A DNA stretch of 64,000 nucleotides from Eledone cirrhosa. Lineage: Eukaryota. The stretch is taken from assembly GCA_964016885.1 (NCBI GenBank), contig OZ024741.1:285696001-285760000 (forward strand), written 5' to 3'. Position numbers and translations under genes: made by a program. The notes beneath the pieces were generated by a model that did not search any database, had not been told where the DNA came from, and was given only the letters and a program-made list of their open reading frames with translations. Of the stretch, positions 28,861 to 44,269 are shown piece after piece (positions within the stretch are counted from its first letter, which is position 1; each line of letters starts with the position of its first letter).

Positions 28861-30244
28861 AATAAAACTAATAATAATAATTGTTTCTACGTTTGGCACA
28901 AGGCCAGTGCATTACTGGTACTTTATTTTATCGACCCCGTAAGGATGAAAGGCAAAGTTAACCTCGGCGAGATTTGAACTGAGGTTAACTTTGCCTTTCA
29001 TCTTTACGGGATCGATAAAATAAAGTACCAGTAATGCACTGGGTAATTGCTGGCCTTCTGCCAAACGTAGAAACAATTGTTATTATTAGTTTTATTGGGG
29101 TGGTGGATAATAATAATAATAAACTGAATATTAAGTCGTAAATGTCGCAATGTGTCAAAAGTTCATGTTTTAAAATTAAATCAAATAGTTCTTCCATATG
29201 AACATTTTGAAAACAAAACACGCTTTTTTATTTCGTATTAAATATAGAATAATAGAATGACACACGTAAAATCGTTTCACTATTATTTCTATTGTAGTGG
29301 ATGAAAATCTAATGGAAATATTACCGAAAGCTAAACAAACTACTTTTTCAGTATAGATACGCATCAGAGCTCCGCTAAGAAGGAATGAAACGGAAGAAAT
29401 AAACAATAACCCTAAAAGCACGGCAGGAAAATAATCAAACTAAAATCACTTATTACGTATAAAGACAGTTAATTTTGATGTTTGAGAAGTTTTATTTGGC
29501 GATTTCAGACACATGATTTTTTTAATGGATATATCAGTTAGTGAAATATCCTGTTGAATATATCTAAATATCTTCCGAAGAGAGACACGGAAGAGACTAA
29601 ATCGATAGAATATCGAAATAACAGTCGTATGTTTAGTTGTTTGCATTCTGTCAAATGTGATATTGTGATTATTGATGACAAATAATTCTCATCGCCTGGG
29701 TTGGATTAGTTTCAATAATGCAACATAGAATAAAATTGTTTACCGTTGTAAGAAACAGCAGTAGCTGCACTAAATAAATAACGAATGTTCGTGTAACCCA
29801 CTGTGCTGCGGTCAATGTCTGACATTCTACTAATGTCTTTTATTATTGTTCAATCAAGCGAGGTGGATTGGAAGAATCACTAGACCGTCAGATAAAATAC
29901 TTTGCGTTATTTGTTCAGATTGTTTATATTCTGAATTCAAATACTGCAGAGGCTAATTTTGTCTTTCATCTTTCCGGGGTCGATGTACCAGTAAAATATT
30001 GGTTCGTTAAAATAGACTTTTCCATTCCTATACATTGCGTTCGTTGTGCCACTGTTACAAAGAATTAGCGCCCTCTCAGAAAAAGAGGAATAAAATCCAT
30101 GGCCATTGCAAATCTTTCGAGACCTATGTGTCTGTATGCCAAGAATTGTATTTTTGTGTATTTATTTTTAACTCTTACCGAGAGAATCGCCTTTAATACC
30201 ATTTTACTGACAACAGATTCATTAACATCGAGTGTTATTACTAA

Positions 30245-30430
30245 GGGCGGGAGATTGGCAGTATCGGTAGAAGGTCGGACGCCATGCTTTCCAGCATAGT
30301 TACGTCCCTTTACGATCTGAGTTCAAATCCCGCCGAGGTTGACTTAGCCTTTCATCCTTACGGGGTCGATAAAATAAAGTACCAGTAATGCACTGGGTCA
30401 TTGCTGGCCTTGTGCCTAAAGTAGAAACAG
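30245..30430 (+). mobile_element. SINE family 2, full length, with TSD GTTATTACTAA
   Basis: TGGCAGTATCGG A box, GTTCAAATCC B box, core, TSD. Confidence 0.85.
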
Positions 30431-32477
30431 TTATTACTAAAATAGATATCTGTAACGTTTTGACTTGAGTCAGTCGACTCACATAAATTAGTGAATATAA
30501 CGAGTAGCCTTTGTTATACCAGTAATTGGACGACAAATAAACTAATTTATGGTTTGAGAAACACATTGGAATTAATTTGCCAGTTATTTGAGTACTCAAA
30601 CACTGAAGTAAAATAATAGTGCACATATACATAGCATATTACTTGATCAGGCGAGTTCGACGATGAGTTACAATACTAAACGCCGGATTTTCTACTTGTT
30701 ACTGCAACTGAACTTATTGACAACTTAAAAAACACTCCTACTTTTAGATAAACAAATATAAAACATGAATTGAATTTAAACTTGATATTCATAAACTCGA
30801 AAACAGATACAGCATCTATCTCAACATTTTGCTCAAGCAAACAAGTTAATACATGTCGAGTTAACGAAGAGAATCTCTACATGCAGGGAATATTTGCGAT
30901 ATTTCCTCAAAGCTGCAAAATGTTTTAAAACTGAAAAAGAAAAAAAAAATCACTTTTGCAATCAATTTTAGTTGAGTATGTATAAAGAATAAAAACATGA
31001 ATACCACTGGATGGAACGCTTTTGGTCGTATCTCTACTTGATCGATGCCAGCTAGGTCTGAGCAGCAGCAGCTCCAACGGTGAATATTCGTATCATTTCA
31101 AGGAGAAATAACAGGTACGTTCTGCGATCGATTTAGTTGACTTATCTCCCTTTCACCAAATTACTGACATTGTACCAAAATTAGAAATCAATAACGGTGT
31201 ACATTTTGTTTCAAATCCAGTCGAGGTCGATAAAATAAAGTCCCAGTCATGTACTGGGGCGATATAATCGACTTCCACCTTTTCCTAAATTGCTGTCCTT
31301 TGCCGGTGTTACAATGGATAATTTAACAGAGTAGTATTAACAATATATATGTAAATAAAGAAAATGTATTTGTTGTCCTTGTTTAAGTAAAGGTTTGCTC
31401 TGATCGAACAGTTCCTCTGCTAAAAGGAGTTTATGTCGCGATCATACATTTTCAAACAATATTCAATGTGTTAATTCCATTTTTATAGACGGCAGGTTTT
31501 GGCGTGGGTGAAATTGAGCTGCTATCTTTTATTAGAACACTGTACAAAATTCGTTTCTTCAAGGTTTGTGAGGTACAAATGAAATATAATTTGCAAATTA
31601 TAATTTTGCCGTGCACTAATCTGACAGAAGACACACTTCACCCAGTGAAACAGACGACATGTATAATCAGGCCGATTGTAGCTCTTTACACAATTTTCTA
31701 ACAGCTTTTGTTACAACTATTTAAGTCAGGCGAATCCAACAGCATTGAGAGATTACAGCTTTCTGAATAGACGATTTCATTCAAATAAATTTTTAAAAGA
31801 ATATATTGGATAATGTAGATTCTGATATAGAAAAATAATAGGCTCGACAGAAACACCTTTATTTTCATGGGATCTTTCCTTAGGTGCTAATCTTTTGACA
31901 AAGAGCAAAAAACAGTGACAATGACAGAATTTGTACAACATATCCATCCGCAGTTTTGTAACGTTTATGAAGACCGAAAAATGATGTTAAAGACGCGAAT
32001 GAAATAATGTTTTTCAATTTAATTCAATATACATTCTCGTGCAACATTCTAACAAACCAGACCTCCATACATGAGTTTAAAGAAAGATGTTTTTGTTCTA
32101 ACATAGACACACCGAACTTTCGCAGACCATAGTGTTAATTATAACAGTGGCATGGTATGTCTCAGTGGTAGCAGGGACGAAATGTTCAATTCTCATCTGA
32201 ATACACAGTAATTTGTAAATCACTGAATAGATCATATCTCTGCTGATAATGTTTTACCGAGCGGAAATAAAGTATCTTCGAAAGTGAATACATTAATGAA
32301 ATAATTAGCATTGTTGTCTCTCTACACGATAAATTTCACGCAGAATGTCTCAGACGTATTCGAAATGAACTACAACGCATAGTAATAGCAATGATTTATA
32401 TTTATTTCAGTAACATCATTGACCCATAGAACTATCTTCTCCGAACAGCAAACAATTTCTCCTTTAACCTTTATATG

Positions 32478-32511
<34 letters not shown>

Positions 32512-32536
32512 AAGAGAGAAAGAGAGAGAGAGATGG

Positions 32537-32638
<102 letters not shown>

Positions 32639-32689
32639 GAGAGAGATATTACTTAACAGACGCTGTTCTTCGACTTGCATTTGATAGGT

Positions 32690-33461
32690 TTGATGCCGAG
32701 TGCTGCATGGCTGGAATGACAATCAGTGCTGCGAAAACTTAGACACTTGTTCTCGCAAGGAAACCTGTGCAGTGCTCTCTACGTGTGAATGGAGTTGCAC
32801 TGAAGCAGGTATAGAAGTTCAAGTATCTAGGGTCCTTGAGAATGAGTGATGGAAGTCAGGAGGCAGAATGAAGTGCAAGAATTGCAATGCGCCAGCTTCA
32901 GCACTGAGCAATCAGAAAAAGGGCGGTAGGCGTAAAAGCCAAACTCGCTATCTTCATTTCAGTATTCCAGCCAACCCTTACCTATGGTCGTGGACCCTGT
33001 GTAATGACCGAAGGAATACGATCGCGAAAACAAAGGGCTCAAATGGGATTCCTCCGAATGGTCCTTGGAGTAACGTTGCTTGACAAAGTGCTTAACTTGG
33101 AGACGGACATGAGAGAGTCACTCCAGGTACAGCCATTACTTCTTTGAATTGAAAGATCAGTCCCGATACTATGGTCATTTCGTTAGAATGTTTCAGAAAA
33201 GAATCGCTGGACAGATTTTACGGGCAAAACCAACCGGCAAGTGTCCCAGATCTAGACTTCGAGCAAGATGGTTGAATAACATCTATGAGCATGGCTGGTC
33301 AGGCTTGGGGATCCAGCCGGATCAGTTGGAGACAGCTGCTTCTGACATGACTCGCTGGGAGCAGTGTTTGAGGACTCTGCACCCACGACCCTCCCAGGAA
33401 TAAGTGGGTGAAAAAGAAGAAGAAGAAGAAGAAGAAGAAGAAGAAGAAGAAGAAGAAGAAG
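32690..33461 (+). mobile_element. 3' fragment of RTE-clade LINE with (GAA)n tail
   Basis: GMTISAAKT..VNGVALKQV.KFKYLG; YYGHFVRM..GKCPRSRLRARW; (GAA)n at 33413-33461. Confidence 0.8.
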
Positions 33462-34434
33462 ATATATATTACCTGAATCTATGTTTATAATCACTAAAAA
33501 AGAACCCTTAATATGTAATCATAGAGGTACATATAATACAGTATATAGTATGAAATACATGGCAAACTGCAGTACATCTTCTAAGCTACTCGGAGTATCC
33601 CGAAGTTGTTTTTACTTTATTTTTCAGCCTTCAGAAAGTCACCGGCGTTGATACTTTTGTTGTTCGTTTGTTGTCTGTGTTTAAGTGAAGGCTTGCTCTG
33701 ATCGAACTGTCCCTGTTCTAAAAGGAGTTTCTGTTGCTATTTTAGTGAGTTGTTCCCAGGGTTACTTACTCCAGTAAGCACCATCGGATCCCAACTACTA
33801 AATTTAATAGAAATAAGGGATAGGAAAATGTTCATACAAATTCATTTCGTGTGAGAATTATCTCTCACTACATTTGAAGTAATAACTGTAGCATAATAAA
33901 TTTCTAAAAACGAGTATCAAAATGAATTGCGTTTATTGTAGTCCGTGAATTACAAATGTGTTAAACAAATGTGTCTCGTGTCATGACAAGGTATAATCCT
34001 GAATTATAAGATATGGTTGAAAAAAGGTTAGCAGGCTTGCGCTCGATGTGACCAGTTTGAGGGTTGATTGGCAAAAGAGAGTAAGTGAGCAAGAGAGATC
34101 GAGTGACGTCACCACACTCCCTTATATACTGGCCATGGGGAAGTAACTCCAATTAGTTTTTTCTCCCCGTGCAAGGTGGTGCTAGTCGCTACACTATCTT
34201 ACATTTTCAACCATTGATGAATGTGTTATTTCCTTATTTATAGACGGCAGGTGGCGTGTTTGAAACTTCCTTCTTAAAAAATCATCCCTCAGGTTGTATG
34301 TAAAAACATACGTACACACGCGACTGTTTACATCGACATTAGTCCAGAACTACAGTCTCTTCACTCATACACACTCACACACGAACACACACACACATAA
34401 ACACACACACACATAAACACACACACACACAAAC

Positions 34435-34468
<34 letters not shown>

Positions 34469-35509
34469 ATATATATACATGTCTGAGTGCGTGTACGTTA
34501 GTATGTGTGTGAGGAAGATTATATTAGTGTGCTTGTCACAGAGAGTCTATTGGATGAGAGAATATATCAATATTGCTTATTTTATCTTAATCTTTGTAAA
34601 GCAATTTTTGCATTCTGAATCAGTTGTTTATTATCTCGAATTGAGTCGTGATCGAGCTGAAATATGATCAAATAAATTTCTGCTATTATTGGGGCTCTTA
34701 TTAGTAATAAGGTGAGTGACAAAAAACTGTTTCTTCTGGTCGATTGGAAGATTAAAATGGCGGCATTCATAGTTTTCAGCTTTATTTTTCGATCAACAAG
34801 ACTGATATATAGCTACTGCGAGATAATGACTTTGTTATTAAACAGTATGAGTCCAGTAAATATATCTCTGATCTACTTGTTTCTATTCAATCGACTGTTG
34901 TACCAGTACAATATATTGCCTGGTGCCCTATAAATATAATAATCTATAAATATATTAATGATGATGTGATTATTACGATTCAGAATGCTTTTTCTCGACG
35001 ACTGTATTACTGCCTAAGTGAAATATTGTTTTATTAGCTTCTGATATATTGAAACAGATATAACGTACTAATACAAAACATCAGTTCCCTGTCTTACAAA
35101 TTTCAATGTAAAATTTATTTATTTACTCCACTATTTTATTGCAAACTCATTTGGTATCACGTTGTAGAATTCCACTCCGTAGCTAAAAAAATATTATCTT
35201 CTGTTATAAAAGACTTATTTTTGTATTTATGATGAACAGTCGAATATAGTTGATCATATGAATGAATAGAGTAGAGAATTGCTTGTTAATTTAAAGACAA
35301 GACAGACAGAAAGAGAGAAATGACGTGACCAACTATCGGCGAAATGAATCTTGTATAACTTAAATAAACTCCCACAACTCATCTTAGTTTTAAACAACAT
35401 CCTATACTGATATCGAGATTGCGCTCTCACTAACGCTACTGTCTGTAAAAGTACAAAGCCAAAAGCGCTTGCTTACAATATACATGTATATACATGTGAA
35501 TGGATGTAC

Positions 35510-35541
<32 letters not shown>

Positions 35542-35570
35542 GTGGTTACACAACAGTTAGTTCACCATAC

Positions 35571-35608
35571 CGAGAACAATTGTTTCACGTTCGCGGATCT
35601 TCAGCTCG
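35571..35608 (-). ncRNA. Very small hammerhead motif in a TA-flanked insert
   Basis: CGAG-CTGAAGA-TCCGCGAACGT-GAAA-CAATTG-TT-CTCG. Confidence 0.6.
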
Positions 35609-35618
35609 TAATCTATAC

Positions 35619-35692
<74 letters not shown>

Positions 35693-35976
35693 TGTATATA
35701 TATATGTATATATGATAATAAGGGCGCTGCGGAGTTGCAAATGGGTTACATATGAAAAAAGTTTGTCCTTCATCAGTGATCTTCCAACCATCAGAGGCAT
35801 TTCATCGCTTTAAAGACCATATACCTCCGGTTGGTGCGAGCAACGGCTAAAACAAGTCGTTGGGACACGTAAATAAAGGGGACGCGAGGGTAAACAAACA
35901 AAATGGTGAAGCAACAGAAAGTGAGGAAGAGTTCCATATTTCTATGAATTTAAGTTCGGTGAAATCGTGAACGAGA

Positions 35977-36168
<192 letters not shown>

Positions 36169-36767
36169 ATAGAGTATATGTGTATATGTGTTGTCTCTCC
36201 CTACATCAACAAAATGTTGACATGGTGATATATCTTAGTTGTGACTAGTACACTTTGGTGTAATAATGGCACAGCCATCCGACATGCTGCAGAAGTGCGC
36301 TCGTGACTATGAAGCGATGCTGAAGTTTCCGGAAGAATCTGATTGATTAGTTATTTCCATTACACGATTGGTAAGGCATAAAATTGGCGTTTGAATGGAT
36401 GATCAGGATTTAGTATAATGGCAGTGCAGCCTGATCCCATATTTCGGTTGTCATGACCTATCGTTGATGTGCTATATCTAGCTCTTTCATCAACTTCCTT
36501 ATTCTCCATATGACGCTAACCAAGCACATGTAGTTGACATTCATTCCATCGTGGTATCATTCGCTGATATGGCTACGTTTTATTATTCAGTCATTCAACA
36601 GATCTCCGAATGGACCAATTATATTTGGTGGTATTATTTCAACTGCTGACGAGGACATGGGTCTTGAGGCCCATTAGTTATACCTCGCTTATTTTAACCA
36701 TGGAAGTTTGTGGGCTTTTCTCTGAGATTCGAAACAGCTGTTTAGGAATTAGTATTGTAATAACAAT

Positions 36768-36943
36768 TGGCAGTATCGGTAGAGGGTCGGACGCCATGCT
36801 TTCAAGCATAGTTACGTCCCTTTACGATCTGAGTTCAAATCCCGCCGAGGTTGACTTTGCCTTTCATCCTTACGGGGTCGATAAAATAAAGTACCAGTAA
36901 TGCACTGGGTAATTGTTGGCCTTGTGCCTAAAGTAGCAACAAC
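36768..36943 (+). mobile_element. SINE family 2 with TSD ATTGTAATAACAA
   Basis: Near-identical to 30255-30430; TSD present. Confidence 0.85.
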
Positions 36944-37151
36944 AATTGTAATAACAAGTAATATAAGTAATATTTTTTTTATATCCGGATTGGTTTTGTA
37001 GCTTGTCATACGTATTACATGATATAATTATATTGTTTATTGTAAGGCCACTGGTTCACTGCCCTTAAACACGCTGTGACTTCTCTCTCCCACGTTTAGC
37101 TGGACAGTCAATTTTAAAATTCTCTTAGTGTTGTCTGAAATGTATAGCCTT

Positions 37152-37245
37152 ACACACGCTGATGAACCGAGGCTAACCCATTTCTTTCAACAAATTATTG
37201 GTGAAACATATCTTTGGATTAGTGTCCTTGGATTTGTACGTGTGT
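37152..37245 (+). ncRNA. Degenerate hammerhead in PLE 3' remnant
   Basis: ACACACG-CTGATGA-ACCGA..TTGGT-GAAA-CA..TG-TC; the stem I partner CGTGTGT is displaced by about 12 nt. Confidence 0.5.
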
Positions 37246-37581
37246 TATATAGATATAGAGGTATTTATTTACGCTTTAATTTATATTTTTAATTATCGTG
37301 TCTATAGTCTGCCTTTCATAGGTTATAGATTCCATACACTGGTGGTTTTTTCCCTGTATTATTGATAACGTACCGTATATCTCTCTCTGGTGTGTTACCT
37401 TTTCAACATATTGTATTTTAAAGAGCTCAGGATCTCTTCTCCTTTGAGCACATTATTTACAGGGAATAGCGAGGGCCTATGCCTCCGTTAATTTATCGTG
37501 GTATATATATATATATATATATGTGTGTATATATATATACTAAGTGTTATAACGATCAAATTTTAGTTTAGAACATTTATT

Positions 37582-37628
37582 TGCTGACAATTGTTTCTTC
37601 CAGAGGGAAGTCTGGAATCATCGGAGCA
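37582..37628 (-). ncRNA. Hammerhead, CCGAUGA core variant
   Basis: TGCT-CCGATGA-TTCCAGA..TCTGGAA-GAAA-CAATTG-TC-AGCA. Confidence 0.72.
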
Positions 37629-37911
37629 TAGGGAATGTTAAAACATGTAACTAAAATCCTAATCATTTAGAACATTTAGGGTACATAATTGTTTTTAGTA
37701 TCAAAGGCATCACGTGGAGAGTCAGGAGTTTTGCTTGAAAGAACACAATTACAGGCACCACTGGTTGAGAGTGTCAGATGTATAAGCGCAAAGCACAAGC
37801 AAAAGAAATTCGGGGAAAAAATACCGGTAACCGGCTAGTACTTAGTACTTGCGTCCATATTTATAGTTGTATCAAACTTATATAATAACTTTTACATATA
37901 TATATATATAT

Positions 37912-38354
37912 GTAAAAGTTCTATTTAAATTGTTGGGATACAACAAGCAAATATTTTTATAACTGATATAAAGCACTCAACAAATATTTGGAGTAAAAAT
38001 ACGATATTAACAAATGGAAACTATATTTATAAAACCATATTTATTTCATTATACATATTTCAAGGACACCAAGTTAAATTATGGTGTGCTTCATCAGATA
38101 AAATATAATATAGATCACTTTTATAAATAAATATTGACATAACCTTTAATTATAATTAAAGCTACAACTCCACTATCCAGGAGCTTCCAACAGCAATGGT
38201 TGCATTCTTTAAGGGTATGTCAATATTTATTTATAAAACTGATCTATATCATATTTTATCTGATGAAGCACACCATGATTTAACTTGGTCTCCTTGAAAT
38301 ATGTATAATGAAATAAATATGGTTTTATAAATATAGTTTCCATTTGTTAATATC

Positions 38355-38357
<3 letters not shown>
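37912..38357. mobile_element. Fold-back pLTR of PLE1-related family; hammerhead cores at 38091-38097 (-) and 38260-38266 (+)
   Basis: Inverted arms about 37998-38149 and 38208-38357; homologous to 40-270. Confidence 0.85.
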
Positions 38358-38428
<71 letters not shown>

Positions 38429-38431
<3 letters not shown>

Positions 38432-38705
38432 GGAGGTGAGTTTTATTGTAGTACAATAAAGCAATGCAGACATCGGATAAGTAGCACTCTACAGTTTGTT
38501 GGACTGGAGTATAAATAGTATATAAGATCAAAAGATGGTTAAAAGAGTTCCATGTATTTTATTATGCGCATTTCAAAAACAAATATCATCATGCAATAAC
38601 ATTTGCGTTTTCGTCAGACGAAAACGCAAATGTTATTGCATGATGATATTTGTTTTTGAAATGCGCATAATAAAATACATGGAACTCTTTTAACCACCTT
38701 TTGAT

Positions 38706-38710
<5 letters not shown>
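38429..38710. mobile_element. Fold-back pLTR whose inversion axis lies in the hammerhead core
   Basis: Palindrome 38520-38710 centred on TCGTC-A-GACGA (38616); same family as 45441-46670. Confidence 0.82.
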
Positions 38711-38779
<69 letters not shown>

Positions 38780-38789
38780 GATATGTATA

Positions 38790-39815
<1,026 letters not shown>

Positions 39816-40684
39816 ATATATATATATATATATATATGTAGGAGGTGAGTTTTATATATATATATGTAGGAGGTGAGTTTTATATATATATATATATACA
39901 AAGTCATTTATGGAATGTTTCATAAAAATATAGTAATGATAAATCGAAAGCAACAATCAATACCCATGAATAGAGTTTCAAATGTATATTTTGAATATAA
40001 CTTAAAATTTGGCGCCTGTTGATTCATAATTTGTTGAGGATTTGGAATGGTCGTAAGTCATTAAAAATGCATGAATTGATCACTGATCTAGCTAGATTAA
40101 CCTTGATTGCCAAGCAAACCTGCACTGAATACACAATTCGAGATAAATAAGAAAATATTGCCATAATATAGAAGCAGTTTTAATGGATGGTCACGAAATA
40201 TTCGATCGAATTTGAAATATAGAAGAATCGGTAAGAAATTCAATAGCAACTGTTATATATCCATAGAATATTTCCTCGTTTTACTTATCTGTGTTTCGAC
40301 GGTTTTACAGTATACAAACTAGCAATCAAAGCTTTGCATCTGTGTGTATTCGTCGTTTTAACAACATTTTTCATCTCAGTCTGCAGATCAATGACTCTCT
40401 CTCAATCAATTTGTTTATGTATTTATTCAAAATTCCAGTTCTAAAGAAAGATTCTTTAACACATGGTGCCTTTTTAAAAGTATCTGAACATATACTGGGG
40501 AAAGTTTACTTCCTTGGTGGGGGTCTCTTTCTATTCATCTTTGAATTAGGTCCCTTGCTCCTTGAGCCCAGCCCCCTCCCACTGATCAAAGCGCACCTAA
40601 AATACAATGTAATACTCATACAAACCGATATCTAACTTTTCTTACCCTGTGTAAATATGCATATGTCTGTGTAAAGTCTGTCTT

Positions 40685-40925
40685 GAGTCGGGAGGCTCAT
40701 CAAGCCACTGATTATCCCGGTGTTCGTCACATGAAGCGACTGAGAGTACAAAACTCCGCGCTGGATAGGACGCCAGATCATCGTACTAGATATTGCTGGT
40801 ACTCATTTCAGCTGAGTATACTGGAGCAATTGGAATTGAAGTGTTTTGCTCAAGAACACAACACAGAACACAGTCAGGAATTGAATTCACGCCATTATGA
40901 TGATAAGTCCAATATTCTTACCACA
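40685..40925 (-). mobile_element. Old CORE-like tRNA SINE
   Basis: ACTGGAGCAA..GAAGTGTTTTGCTCAAGAACACAAC, similar to 20500-20545; related copies at 27650 (+) and 61200-61420 (-). Confidence 0.6.
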
Positions 40926-41458
40926 AGTTGTAATCAACTATTAATTTTCCTAGCAATTATACCTCTCCATCCTTAAAAGTATGATTTCTAATGCTACATT
41001 TGATAGCTTAGTATAAAATATTTGATGTTTGGGAGGATAACGATAAGGTCTTTGCTGGTGTTGGTATACAATGGAATTGCTGAAGTAACAACAACAGCAA
41101 CAATAACAAACAATATATTTGGATGATACCAGTGATATTATTGAAGCAACGTGCTAAACGTTTCATATGTACTATAATTTGAATCAGAATTCAATGTGGA
41201 AATATTCTTAAACTAGTGTCTTGATATGCGACTTTGTGTTAAAAATGAAACTACTACTGCGTGGAAAAAACATTTTATTCATATAAAATAGAGAATAGCT
41301 ATTATGTTTAGTTCATATATAACATATATTTCTTCGCATCACAATTTTCTCCCTCAGTCTATGACCTAGTCTTTGACACGGCTCTACAGTAACCTTTACA
41401 GTAACCTTACAGTAATTATAAATTTAGATTATTTTGTTTTAAGTTTAAGCAATATAAT

Positions 41459-41648
41459 TGTTTCTACTTTTTTGGCACAAGGCCAGCAATTACCCAGTAC
41501 ATTACTGGTACTTTATTTCATCAACCCCGTAAGGATGAAAGGCAAAGTTAACCTCGGCGGGATTTGAACTCAGAATGGCAAGGGCCGTAACTCTATGCGT
41601 CAAATCATTGCGTCCGACACTCTACTGACACTGCCAATCCACCGCCCC
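41459..41648 (-). mobile_element. SINE family 2 with TSD TTTAAGCAATATAAT
   Basis: Core and TSD seen. Confidence 0.85.
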
Positions 41649-42606
41649 TTTAAGCAATATAATGCCTTAGTGTTGGTTGCATTAAAATCTTTTGAAAATG
41701 CTTATTTGCCGTTGATACCATTTCAGATGTTATAGTTACCAGGTAGTCATTAGACCTTATTTCAAACCTAGACGGTGCTATTTTTATAATGACTGTTGAA
41801 CTATGAAAACAATTATTAGTCAATTGAAAATCGATTCATAATGTAAGAAAGTCGGAATGAATTACTTGTCATTTGAATGTTCCGGAATTTCATTTAAATT
41901 TCTTTTATTTGCATAAATTCAGGTTGTTAAGTTGTTCTTACACTGATGCTGATGCAATTACAATATAAAGTTGTGTCCTCTGCTCCCGTTCAGAGGACAT
42001 ATTGAATTATATTCTGCTTTTCATAATTAACTTTGAAATAAATTTTTCTAAAATATCTATTCGCTTTTGGTGTTCACCTTTGATGATAATGTCAGAAGAT
42101 TAGCAACGTCTAAGTCGAAGAGGTTAGAGCACAATATAATAGGGACAATAATTTTGAATCAACGACATTGAATATTGCATCGAAAGACTCGATTTTTTCA
42201 AACTTTTCTTGACATAATAGTCTCATATTTGAGCCTGCTATTTTAGACAAACAATTTTTTCGGAAATTCATTTTAAATTTAGGATTTAGAAAAACATCAA
42301 ATAAAAATTTTGTCTTTTAATACAAAATATGGAGAGGATACGCTGATATATTATACAATATGCTGGAACGAGATAAGTCAAGGTGAAAAACAAGAATGTA
42401 TATTATTCAGACAAATGGGATGGCTTTACATAGTTTAGCTGTTTCCTAGACGTAGATTGAATAAGCAATTTATAAAATAATAGAATATGTCATTATAATC
42501 CCTATATACGTAATTCTTTTAACCCTACGTCAACTATGAACTTGCAGACCAGTGATAAAAGGCTTTCAGGTCGTGAACAACGTATTGTTTTTAGACATGA
42601 AATTAT

Positions 42607-42788
42607 TGTTTCTACTTTAGGCACAAGGCCAGCAATTACCCAGTGCATTACTGGTACTTTATTTTATCGACCCCGTAAGGATGAAAGGCAAAGTCAAATT
42701 CGGTGGGATTTGAATTCAGATCGTAAAGGGACGTAACTATGCTGGAAAACATGGCGTCCGACCCTCTACCGATACTGCCAATCCACCA
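42607..42788 (-). mobile_element. SINE family 2 with 18-bp TSD TTTTAGACATGAAATTAT
   Basis: TSD at 42589-42606 and 42789-42806. Confidence 0.88.
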
Positions 42789-44269
42789 TTTTAGACATGA
42801 AATTATCTTGATTGATATGGCCTATTTTATTAGAAAGCAAATTGCGGAAGGCGAGTAATAAGCCTTGTAATTATTATAGGTTCTCTGACGCGTTAGAGCC
42901 CTTCTTCTAGAAATACGTGAAATAGACGTAGAAAATTGTTGGAAAAGTGTACCAAGCACAGGACAAACACAAGCATACATATTATTCTCGTACATGAAAT
43001 CACACGTATTTACTATATATATATATTGTGTGTGTGTGTGTGAGATTAAGAAAAACGCCATGACGTTTCGTTTACTTATAATGAAGTTTTCATTGAACAT
43101 TGACTTGTAATGCGCGTTTCGCAGATGATTGGCTCAAATTCATTTATGAAAGCTATGCACCCAACTGTTTATCCCGAACGGGCACAGCTACCCGGTAACA
43201 CTCCAGGCCAGGGATTACTGGAAATTATCCATGGGTCCTGAACCGAAGGTCCTCCAGAAGAAGTGGCTAGCTGATTTTCGTTGATGCGCAGAGTTTCTTC
43301 ATGATCGTCGTCGCTTTTATCCGCTACTGAACTTCTATAGAAATCCCAGTTGGAGTTTTTCACCGATCGTACTGCCCGATTGGTAGAGGGTTATGGGCTC
43401 TTGAAGACATTTCAGTTTCCAAGCGCTCCCCCTCAAACTCTGCCTTGACCCAAGAAGGAGATGAACTGGGGAAACATGTATCTAGTGAACGATAACTTGT
43501 TCAGCGTTAAGGAAAATATGAAGATGTAGCCCCAACGCATGTTTGTGCATCGGCAATCATGGCATTCCCAGTCCTCGGTGGGTGTTGGTACCAAATGGAC
43601 CACCTAATCATTAGCACACGTCCCTGCCAAAAACAAGAAAATAGTAAACTCTCCAGAGCTGACAGACGTGGACCAGGGGAAGTCACAGGGTCAATCAGTA
43701 GTATACATGCTTCTTAAGCTATCGATATATTCTTCAATTAATTAGTTTCTTTTGGTTTTGGGATATTTACCTGATCAGATGATTAGGTATACACTAAGGT
43801 GTCCTTTAGATCTAAAATTTCATCGATTCCTTTCTAAAAGTACATGAAACCTATACCAAATTATCGATGAAAATGTTTATCAAATTCATGGGAAATTGAG
43901 TAGCTTAAATGTACTCCTGCAAACTTTAAATGTTATATGATATAATATGTTTCTCTCATAGGTAGCTTGCCATCCAATGACAGATAAATAGAAGACTTTC
44001 GAAAAAAAAAGGTATTCCTCAAGGGACATAATAAAAGCCCCTATTTCTATAACGTCTCTCTGTGGGTAAACATGTCAATGCATACGTAGGAATGATTATT
44101 TTTGGACAGAGATAAGCTCAAACCCTTTCACTAATAAATCAGTCAATATACGCTATATATATCACGCCACCAAACCATTTCCGAAAGTTGTCAGTAAGTA
44201 TAATGCTACTAATGTTAGTGTTAGTGTATCTACTATGAAGACAATATATATATATATATATATATGTCA

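Noticed and set aside
34735-34775. ATTGG plus AAAATGGCGG (CCAAT/YY1-like) promoter or start codon
   Set aside because: Short motifs only; the downstream ORF is unrecognisable
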